NCBI GenBank assembly: GCA_905178155.1
Contig: CAJINV010000001.1
Location: 7,776,579 to 7,840,578, forward strand
Source: Amoebophrya sp. A120
Lineage: Eukaryota > Protista > Dinoflagellata
Reading direction: 5' to 3'
DNA: 64,000 nucleotides
Each line of letters opens with the position of its first letter. Position 1 is the stretch's first letter. Made by a program: the position numbers and the translations under genes. The notes beneath the pieces are model-generated. The model ran no database searches. It was not told the origin of the DNA and saw nothing but the letters and a program-made list of their open reading frames with translations. Positions 1 to 15,881 of this stretch are shown in pieces.

Positions 1-2475
1 TGGTTTTGATCATGCCCTTGACCTTCACAAACGGGTCCTCAGCCAGCCGGTCGGCAACTTGGGCGAGAGAAGTGGAACGCAACTGCACGCTCGCGTGACG
101 CAGGAACATGGAGATCTGGTTTAATTAAAGGGTTTTAGAATGTTTCGGCGTGCGAATCCCGTAAATCGAAGTTTTGTTGGGTCGTGAAGTAGGCAAAGTC
201 TGAATCTAAAGACAACCTGCAAGAACATCGTTGCGCGCTTGTTGATCTATGCAAATGCGAGAAATTTAAAGTCCTAAAAAAGCTAAAATTCACCTTCGCA
301 GCCTCGCCCATGTCTTGCACTTGCGAGTCAGCGCTGTTCTTCAGTTGCACAAAGCTGGTTACCTTGACTTGCGCAAAGCTAATGCCGCCGAGAATTTCAA
401 TCGCCTTGTTATCAACTGTAAAAATGTCTGGGTCTGGAAACTTGTGATGCTAAGTGGCGTAGCATGAAGAGGCCACAAGTGCTGGCTCAGCATGACAAAT
501 TTCTGAGCTTGTAGGTGTTGCCTATTCTGCATGACAAATTGCGTCTCCGCATGACATAAAAATGCGGCTCTTGGGCAACGTGCATGACAGATTTAATAGT
601 CATGCCAGACAAGCATGACAAACATGCATCCTTCCAGACCCAGACATTTTTACATGTGATACTTGTCCAAAGCCTCCAACTCGTCGCCGCGGACTCTTTG
701 TTTAGTTTTGTACTCCTTCGCTTCCGACGTGCAGGTCATGGCGGTGTCTTGCTTCTCAACCATGGTGTCCTTTAAATCATCTTTGCACACTATCCCACGA
801 AAAAACTGTTTCACTGTGATGACTTTGCAACATCTGCATTACAAGTTTGCTACATATGACACTGAAAATTTGTCATGCGCGCTTCCCAAGGGAAAACACG
901 CTTGCAAATTCAATGCCTTGCAGGTGTAGCAAGACAATGAGTTCTGCGTTCCATTTTCTGCATCACAAGTTCACAGCGAAACAGTTTTTTCTCACGATAC
1001 ACACCACCAAGAGCTCTTCGGCCTTTGCTTTGTCCGACTTTCTCGTCTGCAGGTTGATGCTCTGGTCCTCGGAGTCGGTCGTGGCAGAGGCGATGTCCTC
1101 CGTGAGGAGCTGAATCATGTTCTCGTAGTTGTGTCTGCGATTCATCTCGGCCATTTCTGTGTCATGCACCTTCTGCCGGAACTCATCGAGGGACTTCTCG
1201 AGGATACCGAGAACGCCACTATAACCTGCTCAGGTGTTACAATCTCAAACGTTACAATAGAATCTGGAATTTGTGTTGCATGGAGAGCATGAGGAACGTG
1301 CAGAGTATTGCGCTTTTCGCAATACAAATTTCGGCAGATCCTAGTGCGGTTTGGCACTCCAGAACTTGTCATGCGCAAACCTATGCGAATTGGGTAGATC
1401 ATGCACTTCTTGCATCACAAAATCCAGACTCTATTGTAACGTTTGAGATTGTAACTTTTGAGCGGGTCATAGCCACCGGTCTTTGCCTCGTACGCCTTGG
1501 CCTCGCCGGTTGGTGGGGCTGAGATAACGAAAGGTTCAAGTTGTGTAAATTTAGATTTCTGAATGCAAAAATCTTTTTCTCAGTCGAAAAGATCGAGCGA
1601 TGCGGTAGATCTTAGCTAAATTTCCAAAACATGCGCGATGATGATGAAATCCAGCACATCATCAGTACCATCCATCTCCAACATGGCCATGGCCAAACCT
1701 CGCACGTCTTCCGGAAGTTTCTGCGAGACTTGCAAAAAGCTCTCCTGCGCAACGGACCCGAACTTGCTTTGGTGTCTCTCGATGATTTGAATTGCTTTCT
1801 CTAAGGCCATTACTGATTCCTCGTAGTCCGCCTTTTCCAACAGGTACGCCTTATGCTCCTCCTCTCTGGTTTTGGTTGCCTTTTCCTTCTTCGCGTTTCT
1901 GTCCGCGATGGTGGCTTGCAGTTCTGCAATGTTCTCTGCTATTTCCTCCATGTCGGCGTATCAAATGCAAAAATGTCTGGGTCTGGAAGAGTCCGAAGTT
2001 GTGATGCACATTTCACAACACAGAAAAATCTCTCATGCACGGGTAGCGAAAGCTGCCCCCTTTCTCTCACCAAAGTGGGGGATTTGTCATGCGGATTCGA
2101 CATTGCGGAAGCTTCTCGAAACCTGTAATGCTAGAACTTCCATGCCAGGCCTTCTGTGCCATGCAAAAACAGCATGACTCTTCCAGACCCAGACATTTTT
2201 ACATTTGATACGGCGGCGGCTTGAGCAATGCTGGCTTCGAGGTCGGACTTCTGATCTTTCAACTCCCCGACAGAAACTGTGAGTGCATCCAACCGGTTTG
2301 TGCACCACTGATTTCTCGCGGACCACGCAACCTGTTCGTCCTTCATCTCTTTTGTCCCGGCCTTGTGCATTTCGGTGAGGAGTTGTATTACTTTCCCAAG
2401 TTTCCCATCCTGCGCCCCCGCAACCACTGATGCAGACAGCGCCAGGAGTCTAAACCGCGACCCCCTGGCCCGCAT
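1..2475 (-). CDS. Secreted coiled-coil protein of a dinoflagellate-type unknown family; 3' end runs off the window; interrupted by 4 introners and 2 GT-AG introns
   Basis: Manual exon chain 2475-2211, 1953-1669, 1518-1472, 1214-1000, 785-662, 404-294, 115-<1 stays in frame. Signal peptide (RLLALSASVVAG) and motifs KVIQLLTEM, EESVMALEKAIQII, AYEAKTGGVLGILE, ELEALDKAIEIL, DPFVKVKGMI. Confidence 0.8.
410..661. mobile_element. Introner/MITE family A (252 bp), TSD cttgt
   Basis: TIR tatcaactgtaaaaatgtctgggtctggaa / ttccagacccagacatttttacatgtgata. cttgt at 405-409 and 662-666. Removal gives EALDK|AIEIL. Confidence 0.95.
791..999. mobile_element. Introner/MITE family B (209 bp), TSD cacac
   Basis: TIR tatcccacgaaaaaactgtttcactgtga / tcacagcgaaacagttttttctcacgata. 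cacac at 786-790 and 1000-1004. Removal gives ELLVVC|KDDLK. Confidence 0.95.
1220..1471. mobile_element. Introner/MITE family C (252 bp), TSD gccac
   Basis: About 49-bp TIR tataacctgctcaggtgttacaatctcaaacgttacaatagaatctgga / tccagactctattgtaacgtttgagattgtaacttttgagcgggtcata. gccac at 1215-1219 and 1472-1476. Removal gives AKTGG|VLGILE. Confidence 0.95.
1959..2210. mobile_element. Introner/MITE family A (252 bp), TSD cggcg
   Basis: TIR tatcaaatgcaaaaatgtctgggtctggaagagtc / gactcttccagacccagacatttttacatttgata. cggcg at 1954-1958 and 2211-2215. Removal joins ORF 2131..2475 to ORF 1616..1951 (QAAA|DMEEI). Confidence 0.95.
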
Positions 2476-3902
2476 CTTTAGGACTGTGTGCTTTATTCTA
2501 GAAACTTCGCACTATGGGTTCCAGTGCCGTAACCAAATCTAAGGGGACGATCCGATGGCGGGAGTGTCGATGTTGATCTTGGAACAGAGAGCTGGAAAAG
2601 CAACAAAATCACTTTAACACGTTGCGCAAAATGATCCAGGCAAAACTTAGAGTTTTGGTGATCTCGTGTGAAGAACACGAGAAATGACTTGCGAAGTCGC
2701 GGATGTGCAAAGCGCTTCCAGCCCCTTTGCCATGCCGTCACCCACTTCCCGTGATTTGGACAATAGCAGCTTCCACTTTGGGTACATTTGCAAGACAGCA
2801 ACTCGCCGGGGAAACGAGGTAGGAGAAAAAAAACCTACCATATCCGCATCCCGAAAAAAAGTCCCTTGATTTGAAAAAAGCAATCAACAGAAAAATTCAC
2901 AAGTTTTGCAAAATTGAGAAATCTAAATTTCTGGTCCTAATCGCAAAATAAAAACGTCTGGTAGAAGCAGCTATGGCAGCAGTGGTGTGCAATCAAACAA
3001 GATTCCGATATTTTTAGCATGAGATTTAAATAGTTTATTTCAATGCGACTCAGTAGTATCGACTACAATATTCGCGATAGTGACTTTGACCGCCGCAAAC
3101 GAGGCGACATACTGAATCACAAAAAAAAAGTAGAAGCTACCGCAACCCGTGGAGTTTCAGTGACCCCAGTAAAAGATTGTTGTTTATTTGGCAGGTGTAG
3201 TGTAATGAAGATGAACTGATGAAAAGAAGAAATAGAAGCGCAATAGATCCCAATTTAAAACTTTGCTCAACATACAGGATTATTTTGATTCTGATTGGCT
3301 TGCTCCGAACAACGCATCACTACTGATGCGCGTTGCTGACATGAAGTAAGAAGTTAAATCACATACAGACTTTGTGCTCTCAATAAATTACCCAAAAGAA
3401 TAATTTGCAATATTATTTGGCTGATATCAAAGTTTCGCGGTCCAAATCTGTGTATAATTGAGGATAAATCTAAAAATCCGCAAATAGGAAGAGCCAAATC
3501 TGAAGTGTCGGCTTTGTCTCTGTGACTGTATCTATCTTTCTCACATCGACGAAAAAAAATCGTTTTCAGCTGCTGAAACAAAAAAAGTAGAATAACCTCC
3601 GGACGACGCGTTTTAGAATCAGTCCCAGCGTCGCTAAACCAGCTTTCGATCTGAATTGCAAACTAAAAATCTTCTGCAGACCGCACAGTCGGCAAGCAGC
3701 GTGCGATGCACAGAACTGCTACTGCTGCCAGCATAAAAATTGAATACATCGAGAAAGTAACCATTCGGAGGTAGAAACTCCTGTAATGTAAGTGATTGTT
3801 TTTAGCAAGCTAAGAGAAAAGTCCAACATGCAGAGACTTCGAAAGAACAGATTTAAATCTACTTGGTCTTCCCGAGATTTTTATTCGGAAAGAGCCACCG
3901 AG

Positions 3903-8335
<4,433 letters not shown>

Positions 8336-9290
8336 TGATGGAAAACGGCAGAAGAAGGGGAAGTTTTGTTGCTATTATTATCATCGTTATCTTCCTCCTG
8401 CTCGTATTTTCCGTGGCGTCTTGTGCGTTCGAATTCTTGTCTGGAAGTGGTGCTTTTCTCTGCTGCCACGAAGGAAGTGAAAACGAAGGAAATGTCCTCG
8501 TTCAAAGTTAAGATTTTTGCCGGCTCGTTTTCGTGGTCAGCACGAAAGAAGTCGGCAGAGCGCGCTCTTGCGCATGAAGTGATACTAGCACAGGTTCTCG
8601 TACCACCACGACGCGCCAGAAGTATTCACGTTTTTTTCTCTTGTCTTCCACTAGAAATCGTTCATCATACAAGGGAATGGCTACTTCTATATTAGGCTAC
8701 TTCATTTCGACGCTCTTGATTGATTCAAAGCCACTTGAAGAACTTTTGTTCTTCTTCCACATCATCATGTGCCAGGACTTCTTCGTATTCCGTACTCGTA
8801 CTACGCGAATTCTAGGCGCGAATCGCCTCCTCTTAGAACTAAATGGAACATATTGAATCAGTCACCAGCCTCACTTATTTTATGGCCCACGAGGAGATAA
8901 CATAGGATTAGGAATAACACACGAAGCTGGAAGCACCTTTTTTCACTAGCAACGGGCAACTTTTTCACTAACACACACCTTTTGAAACTTTGCTTTGTCA
9001 CACACATCGAGTCTTACGTTCGCACACAAGAGACGAGAAGATAACAAAACTGTTTGACACTTTCAACATACCGGTTTGCGCTTTCTCTCACCTCCAAGCA
9101 CCATTTGAATTATTCACGCACACACCACGTTGTCTGGGGGTTAAGACAGAACAACTACGACAGCTTTATGGAGACGGAGACCACAGATGTTAGTGTTACA
9201 CATAGGAAAACAACAAGACCGTCCGTTGACAGCATTGACTTTATCTACGATAGGCTGGTCGGCTTTTCTAGTCGAAAGGAAACGCCTGAA

Positions 9291-12200
9291 TTATGCCGAT
9301 AGAGTTTGGTTCACGTTATCGATATCTATGACGGCGCAAGCTTGGTCGATGTTGATAATTCTTATGCCTAACTGCTGAAGCTCGTGTGTCATCTCGTGTA
9401 CCAGTCTAGAGCTGAGCTGTGCGGAATAGTGAAATCCAGTGGCGGATGAGACGACCCCTTCTGGTTCCCTTCTGTCGAGATCGCGATGATCTGAGGTGAA
9501 ACAACTACTAGTATCAAAGCCGAGATCAAGAATAGTACTCGTGCTGGCATCCTGTTCTGCCATCTCGGTGAGGGCTTCCCGCTGGAGCGAGACCTGCGCG
9601 AAATCAGTGCTCCAGCGGGCGAAAAAACCTCTTCCTGCAGTTCCATTTCGCTCCGCCACGGCCTGCTCCTCCCACCGTGCCAGGGCCTCTTCCACTTGAT
9701 CTCTTCGGAGCAGCAGCAAATGCCGTAATCTGCTTTTCCAGAAACGGGCCCGTAACCGCGAGGGAAGAAACAAAGCTAGACCGCCGGATTCTCGTTCGAC
9801 GAATTGGCCTTCTGAGACGAACATGATGCCAACGCCGGCGGCGGAATGGCAGTACTCCAGTTCATACAGCGAGGATGTGGCTCCGCTAGATTCGCCGCCA
9901 GTCTGATCAACCAACACGTTGTCTTTCGGAAGAAACCAAAAGCCAAGCTCGATGCAGCCCGTCGGGTTACTTTCGCTTTCTGACACCAGATCAGGAGAAC
10001 GCACTGCACTGGTTGTTCCAGTCTGCAGCATCCGAAAAATGTCGGAGACAGGAAGATCTGCAAGGATTTTTGCAAAATCGTATACCACACCACCGCCGCG
10101 GATCCGCTCCGTGCGCGTCTTTTGTGCTTTTGCCGTTGCCAACATGGCTTCAAAAGCATTTGACAATGGAGATATTAAGTCATTTGGCTGCACTAGCGGA
10201 CAAACCTGGCCTGCTTCGCTGGTCTCGACGTCCTTTACGTCGAGCTGCTCAAAAGTTTCTTCTGCGGTTTCCAACATTTTTGCTACGGCATCGCGACCGT
10301 TGTTTTCTTCCGCAGCAGGCACCGCATCTCCGTGATTGACCTCCGAGAGGATATGTTGCTGCGGACGACGTGCACTTTCCTCTAGCAGAGGTCGTCCTAC
10401 TTCTACAGGGCCATCTTCTTCTCCACCTTCTTCCACCGCAGGAACCTGCGCTCGCAAGAACTCGCTGCTTCTTTCCTGAATTTTCTCTGGAAGATCCAAC
10501 ACCGCTTCCGCCAGCACCTGTGCTTCCTTTGTACGCTCGACGAAGTCTCGCTCTCCGAGCGTGCATTTTCTGACGAGAAAGTCGGCGAGGGCTTGAAATC
10601 TCCGCCGTTTTTCGTTTTCAGGGGTATCATCTTCCCGCCCGGCATTTCCCGCTAGCAGGTCCAGTGCACTCATCGCCCGCAACAGTACTCCCGCCTGTTC
10701 CGCACGGATTCGTAGCTTGACGTGGGACTTCTCCTGTAGATACAACTCCGATGTGCTGGTGGTTCTCTCGAGAGATGTTTTTTCATGATCAGTTGTTGAA
10801 GGCAGCAGCGCTACTGTTGCGACAGCATCCTCAGACCTTGTTCCATCCTCAGCTTCGTCTACCAAGGGGAGCATTTGGCTCAACACCCGTTCGGTGACTC
10901 GGACACTGTGGACGCCCATGAAAGCGAAAGCATCCATTAACCGGACCGCTTGCGGCACTGTGAGGCGGTAGTGCTCTTTGACAAAGAGCGGCACCAGTGG
11001 GAACGTGTTGACAGCAAGGCATTCCCGCGCAGCGCAAGCGAACTCGACGACGTCTTTCGGCTTGTCAAAAATGGTAGAAATTTTCGGCAGATTCAGCTGC
11101 ACGAGCGTCTCGAAGAACTCGTTCCGCTCCACGAGTCGCCGTCGCGGGTTCCCTAGAAGGAATAATGAGTCCTTCAGTTCCGAACTAGACAAACTTTCCT
11201 CGTTGCCTTCGATCCTGCGTATCATCTCTTGAAATCCCGGCTTCAGGCACATTTCCTTCCGTCTTTTCGAAACCGTCCAGTGCGAGGCGAGAATCTTCAT
11301 GCAGTCGAGGATCTGGCCGACACGGGGAATTCGTTCCACCAGAGCGGCAAACCCGTTCCTGAAGACATTTGCGACTTTGCTATTTTCGTCCAAAACCGGG
11401 CTGCGAACCGTCTTCGTGTTGTCGTACAGCCGATAAATCTGGTCGAAGGATTGGAGCAGGGCGAGGTACTTCGGAGGTTCGAGTTGAGTTAGATCCGTTT
11501 TTCCACATTTTTCAAGCAATTCCACGCGGACAGGCTTCGGCAGCGTTGGCAGGGATAAATCCTGCCACGCGAGCAACGGCAAAGCTAAGTCGTTCATGGA
11601 GGATATGCGGAGCATCCGCCCCGCTTTTCCACCAAGACGCTGCAAACAGGCTTTCGCGATTTTGCTTTCGTGCACGCAGTTGTTTTCCTGCTGATATGGT
11701 CGTGCTGCCATTGGTATTCGCACACCGACAGTCGTCGAAGCAGAGGATGACATTGCCCCCGCGGTTGTTGATTCAAAAGCCCTTTTGTAAAGCGCAAAGC
11801 TGAGCAACAGCTCCTGCCGGACAGTTTCAGTTGCTAGTGGTATACGATGGTAAAGCCAAGTGCAGCATTCCAAAAAAGCTTTCCGGTCCAGGACACTGCA
11901 TTTCGCATGGTAGAAAAACACAGTGCTGAGTGCAGAGGTGCTCATCGTTGGCAAAACTTCCTCCAAGGCAGCGACATACTTTTCCATGTCAAGTTCTACG
12001 GCAGGTGTCATGGCGGATGATCTTGACGATGAAACAAGTGCAGGATTCAGCGCTGCAAACTTTATCCCGATCTGCTTCTGTGCTTCTATTATCACGCGCC
12101 AAAAGTCGAGCAGACTCTCTTCCACAATACGATCTGTTGCGGAGATCGTACCACTCACGCCGGTTTTCCGCCCATTTTTCCGCTCCTGCTCCTTGACACT

Positions 12201-13691
12201 ACGCGGTAGCCCCAAAACGCAAGACAGCGATGGTGGAGCTCTGGGATTCTGGTCGACGTCGAGACGCTTGTTTGCATGCGGCAGATCCTCACCATCGGCG
12301 TCTATGATTAAGGACTGCGCCCCAGCAGCTAACTCAGCGTCTGGATCATGCCCGTGGTTCTGCATAATTTCCACTGTTGATTGCAGGAGCCTTTCCAGCA
12401 GTATTTGTTTTGCGTCACGCGGCTCTTCATGCTTCGCTAGGGCATCTACATCGGCGTCTGCGGTGTAAACCTTCAGACGAAGTGGCCGACGTGCCTCAAT
12501 CAGCAGAGCATGCGGATACTTGATCACCGCTGGTGCGAACACTTTGTTTCGGAAAGGGGCTGTTAAGTCCGAAAGCCGTTCGCTCCCTAGCAGCTCCTGC
12601 ACAAGCGTTCTGACAACATGGATTCCGTCCCTACTTGCGCCCTGGATTGCTAAAACAGCAACCAGCATCTGAGCTAGGGTCTCAGTGTCATGCTGCTCTT
12701 TTGTCCCCACGACGTCGCGGACCAGACCAAGTACCCGTGGGTCCTTCTGCAAAATTGTGCGGAAAGTGTCTCGAAATTCCATGAAAGACTCTTGCGCGGG
12801 GGGCGAATTATTACCGTCAGCCTGCTCCTGTTGTGACGCCGCCTGGTTGCTATCTTCCTGCTCCGCGTCTTCGCAAATCGCATCGTTCTCCGCCACTTCT
12901 AAACGCGCCGCTTCAACAGCAGACGGATGCACAAGCTCCAGCACGTGCTCGTGTGCTTCGAAAAAGTGATGTGACACCGCCTGGTAGAGGAGGGAGACGC
13001 GGGCACGCACTTTTTTTTGCTCCATCGCCATTTCCAGATTCGAGTGAAAGCCGTCCAACGCCCTACCTCTCCTTTCCTCTGCAACTCGCTCCTCTTCCAG
13101 AAATTTCTCGGCCGCTTCTCTCTCCTGCACCGCAGCGACTGGGTCCGGGTTTTCGCAGGCTGCCGAAGGGTCGAAAGTTGGAGGAGACGAGTGCGCTGAA
13201 ACAAGTTGGTCGCTTCGGCCGTTATTTCGTGGTACGGTCAGCATGTTCTTTGTTGATCGACCGGGCAAAAGTAATTCAGATGGCGCTGGTGATACTGCTT
13301 CAGTCCCCCCGGGTGCTAACAGTTTCTGACTGCTAGTCGATGCCGACGAGCCTCCTTCTCTTATCCTCAAATCCCTCCCAGCAGCGGTAGCCGCAAAAGA
13401 TGGAACTACTGGATTTTCTCGGAGCGATTCCTTCGCCTGTCTGCAGAATTGCAGCGACTGCCGCATTTTTTGCCTCAGCACGAACTTCTCCTGTCGTGTC
13501 AAGGTTCGCGGTAAGTCGAATGCCAGTTCTTCGTCCCTGCCACGCTCTGCCTGTTTTTTTGCGTCCCTCGTTGCTCGCCGCCAGGGTAAAACACCAGGCG
13601 GTGTTTTGCTCTTCGGTACCGATGCACCATGAGAGGCTGGCTTTCGTGCGGTGGCGGCTGCAGAGTGCTTTCTTAGTAGAGAACTCTTCAT
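9291..13691 (-). CDS. 1466-aa helical protein, putative RAP-domain (FASTK/HPR-like) organellar RNA-binding protein
   Basis: Single long ORF with a basic N-terminus and helical-repeat-like segments (LTVPQAVRLMDAFAFMGVHS). The C-terminal segment VGIMFVSEGQF...PSRLRARFWKSRLRHLLLL resembles a RAP domain, judged by eye only. Confidence 0.5.
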   Translation of the reverse strand: MKSSLLRKHSAAATARKPASHGASVPKSKTPPGVLPWRRATRDAKKQAERGRDEELAFDLPRTLTRQEKFVLRQKMRQSLQFCRQAKESLRENPVVPSFAATAAGRDLRIREGGSSASTSSQKLLAPGGTEAVSPAPSELLLPGRSTKNMLTVPRNNGRSDQLVSAHSSPPTFDPSAACENPDPVAAVQEREAAEKFLEEERVAEERRGRALDGFHSNLEMAMEQKKVRARVSLLYQAVSHHFFEAHEHVLELVHPSAVEAARLEVAENDAICEDAEQEDSNQAASQQEQADGNNSPPAQESFMEFRDTFRTILQKDPRVLGLVRDVVGTKEQHDTETLAQMLVAVLAIQGASRDGIHVVRTLVQELLGSERLSDLTAPFRNKVFAPAVIKYPHALLIEARRPLRLKVYTADADVDALAKHEEPRDAKQILLERLLQSTVEIMQNHGHDPDAELAAGAQSLIIDADGEDLPHANKRLDVDQNPRAPPSLSCVLGLPRSVKEQERKNGRKTGVSGTISATDRIVEESLLDFWRVIIEAQKQIGIKFAALNPALVSSSRSSAMTPAVELDMEKYVAALEEVLPTMSTSALSTVFFYHAKCSVLDRKAFLECCTWLYHRIPLATETVRQELLLSFALYKRAFESTTAGAMSSSASTTVGVRIPMAARPYQQENNCVHESKIAKACLQRLGGKAGRMLRISSMNDLALPLLAWQDLSLPTLPKPVRVELLEKCGKTDLTQLEPPKYLALLQSFDQIYRLYDNTKTVRSPVLDENSKVANVFRNGFAALVERIPRVGQILDCMKILASHWTVSKRRKEMCLKPGFQEMIRRIEGNEESLSSSELKDSLFLLGNPRRRLVERNEFFETLVQLNLPKISTIFDKPKDVVEFACAARECLAVNTFPLVPLFVKEHYRLTVPQAVRLMDAFAFMGVHSVRVTERVLSQMLPLVDEAEDGTRSEDAVATVALLPSTTDHEKTSLERTTSTSELYLQEKSHVKLRIRAEQAGVLLRAMSALDLLAGNAGREDDTPENEKRRRFQALADFLVRKCTLGERDFVERTKEAQVLAEAVLDLPEKIQERSSEFLRAQVPAVEEGGEEDGPVEVGRPLLEESARRPQQHILSEVNHGDAVPAAEENNGRDAVAKMLETAEETFEQLDVKDVETSEAGQVCPLVQPNDLISPLSNAFEAMLATAKAQKTRTERIRGGGVVYDFAKILADLPVSDIFRMLQTGTTSAVRSPDLVSESESNPTGCIELGFWFLPKDNVLVDQTGGESSGATSSLYELEYCHSAAGVGIMFVSEGQFVERESGGLALFLPSRLRARFWKSRLRHLLLLRRDQVEEALARWEEQAVAERNGTAGRGFFARWSTDFAQVSLQREALTEMAEQDASTSTILDLGFDTSSCFTSDHRDLDRREPEGVVSSATGFHYSAQLSSRLVHEMTHELQQLGIRIINIDQACAVIDIDNVNQTLSA

Positions 13692-14492
13692 TTTCTGTAT
13701 CGGATGGTAGTAAATGTCGGCATCATCTAATTTAAATTTATCAGTACATCAGCGAGTCATTCCCCCGTCGGCACAATGTGTAGGACAACATGTGCGATTT
13801 TTGTTTGAAAATAGCGCTCCGGCCGGGCCTCGCATCTTCTCAGCAACCAAGCAATGGAACCGCCAAAAAAATGCTTTCTTCTTTTTCCGCGAAACCGAAT
13901 CACGAGAACTGGGATCAACGAACTTCGAATCACGAGAACAACCGGCTGGGAACGCACAAACAAATCACGTATGGACAAAACGACCTGAGTCTCATCAGAA
14001 GCTGTTCACGACACGTACCGAAGTTCCGCAAGACGCGAGGAATGTCTAACGTTTGACTTGGAAGGATCTGATCTCCAGCTTTGAAGACACAGCGATCTTC
14101 ATCATCATCATCATTTCGTTTCGCAGTAGTGTGGATCGATCATGTGAACAGTGAGGAAAAGCGTTGGCACACGAGTTGAAATGGACTTTTCGCCTGTAAC
14201 TCTGTGGATATAATTTTTGCTTTCAAAAGTAAAATTGCATCGAAATCGCGTCGGTCATCGTCAGGCATTTTTCGATCATTCGTGTGAAGTTTCTGCAAAC
14301 AGACCTCTCACATTTTAGCGCCCTTTGTCGCGTTGTCGCACTTTCCGCTGGTTTCTGGTGCGGACACCCAGACCCTTTCGCAGTCGTTTCCGTGGTGCTT
14401 CCAACTTCGGGTTCAGCTTGAGTTCGCGCTCCGGGAAGGCAACTGTGATGGAGTTGTTTGTGAGGCAATGAAGTGTGCGCACGAAATCTTGT

Positions 14493-15881
14493 TTATAGAA
14501 GGATCTTCTTCGTGCCAGCAACAGCGGGTGAAAGTGAAATTGCAAATCTATCAAAAATCCGGAAAAAATCAAGAATACCTTCTTCCACAGGCAGATCTTT
14601 GTCCTTCAGCTGCTTGACGATGGTCATGAGAGTTTGCCGCTTGTGCGCAATGAGTTCCTCGTCCGTGGCGATCGAAAAGAATTCCTCTGCGACCGGCTTT
14701 CGCATGTGCTCCGGTAATTTCGCAGAGAACACCTCTTTCACGACGGTCTTCAAGAAAGAGTCCGAAAATGACGGATCCGCGAGAATCTGCATCCAGGGTT
14801 CCAGCAAATGCATCGTCGTCTCTTCCTCGTTGATAGGTGTTTGGGTTGATGCCTTTTCGGACTGTTCCTCAGCTCTATTTTCCTTGTTTTGTTCCCTCTT
14901 CTTCCTCTCCGCAGCGAACGTCTGAGTCAGTTCGTCCCAGAAGCAAGCGGCGACCTGCTGTGCGAAGCCCGGGTTGAAAGTGCTTTCGAGGCAAAGGGGG
15001 GCGAAGGAGAGCATGGAGGAGTTGCATTCTTCCACAAGGTCTTCGTCGAAGTTGTGGGAAGCGAGGACAGCGAACATCTCCGCAAGCTGGATGCGAACCT
15101 GTGGAAATGAAAAATGCGTTGCAGATAGGATAGGAGTCAGTAATCGAGGTAAGAAAAAGGTAGAGAGTTTCGAGTTCGATTTGAGTTTGAAGTAAGTACT
15201 CAAAGAAAACTTTGAAAAAAAAAACACTCTTACCATCAGCAAAAACTTGTTCATTCGCCAGGTATCCAGTTTTGGCCACTCGGTTTGAAAGACTTCGAAG
15301 AAGGACGCGAACCAGAGCGGGAGCTTTTCCGTCGCGATGCTCCTGGTCAGCTGCGCAATGTGCACGGACAGCGCCTGCTGCACCGGTTTCTTGTCGCTCA
15401 TCCAAAGGCAGTAAAACAGCGCCCGCCAGAGCTTGACGAAGTCCAATTCCGTCAATTTCTCCCCCTTCTTCTTCAACCACTTTTGTAAACTTTTGAAGCC
15501 CTTGTCCCGCACGGATTTTTCGCAGTGAGACAGTTTCGTCGCGAACGCGGTGTGGTTGGTGCTGGCTTCTTCTATTTCTTTTTCCGCCTCTGCGTCGTCT
15601 GCCTGCTGCTGTGCCAGATTTTCTTCGTCAGCATCTTCCTGGTCGTTTTCCTCTGAGTTTTCAAACACATCGGCTTCCCTTCTCTTCTCCCGGTTGACAA
15701 TTTCGGGTAGTCGCTTTTGGATCAATTTATGGATCTTCTCCTTTTGCGGTCGGTTTTGTTTCGCCAAAACCCTTTTTCCACCCTTTCGGTTCGGCCCGGA
15801 CTTTTTTCCACCAGTCCTCTTCTGGGCGGCCTTCTTCTGGGCCCGCTTGCTGTTCTGCTTCTTCTTCGCGTTCTTCGGCAT
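14493..15881 (-). CDS. RRP1: Ribosomal RNA processing protein 1 / Nop52 family; contains an in-frame 135-bp GT-AG intron (15099-15233)
   Basis: FATKLSHCEKSVRDKGFKSL, KLWRALFYCLWMSDKKPVQQ, EWPKLDTWRMNKFLLM|VR. Intron GTAAGA...CCACAG. Confidence 0.9.
   Translation of the reverse strand: MPKNAKKKQNSKRAQKKAAQKRTGGKKSGPNRKGGKRVLAKQNRPQKEKIHKLIQKRLPEIVNREKRREADVFENSEENDQEDADEENLAQQQADDAEAEKEIEEASTNHTAFATKLSHCEKSVRDKGFKSLQKWLKKKGEKLTELDFVKLWRALFYCLWMSDKKPVQQALSVHIAQLTRSIATEKLPLWFASFFEVFQTEWPKLDTWRMNKFLLMVRVFFFSKFSLSTYFKLKSNSKLSTFFLPRLLTPILSATHFSFPQVRIQLAEMFAVLASHNFDEDLVEECNSSMLSFAPLCLESTFNPGFAQQVAACFWDELTQTFAAERKKREQNKENRAEEQSEKASTQTPINEEETTMHLLEPWMQILADPSFSDSFLKTVVKEVFSAKLPEHMRKPVAEEFFSIATDEELIAHKRQTLMTIVKQLKDKDLPVEEGILDFFRIFDRFAISLSPAVAGTKKILL

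Noticed and set aside
1519-1668. Possible non-canonical intron bounded by atc repeats in the first gene
   Set aside because: A canonical GTACTG...CTCAG phase-1 intron explains the junction.
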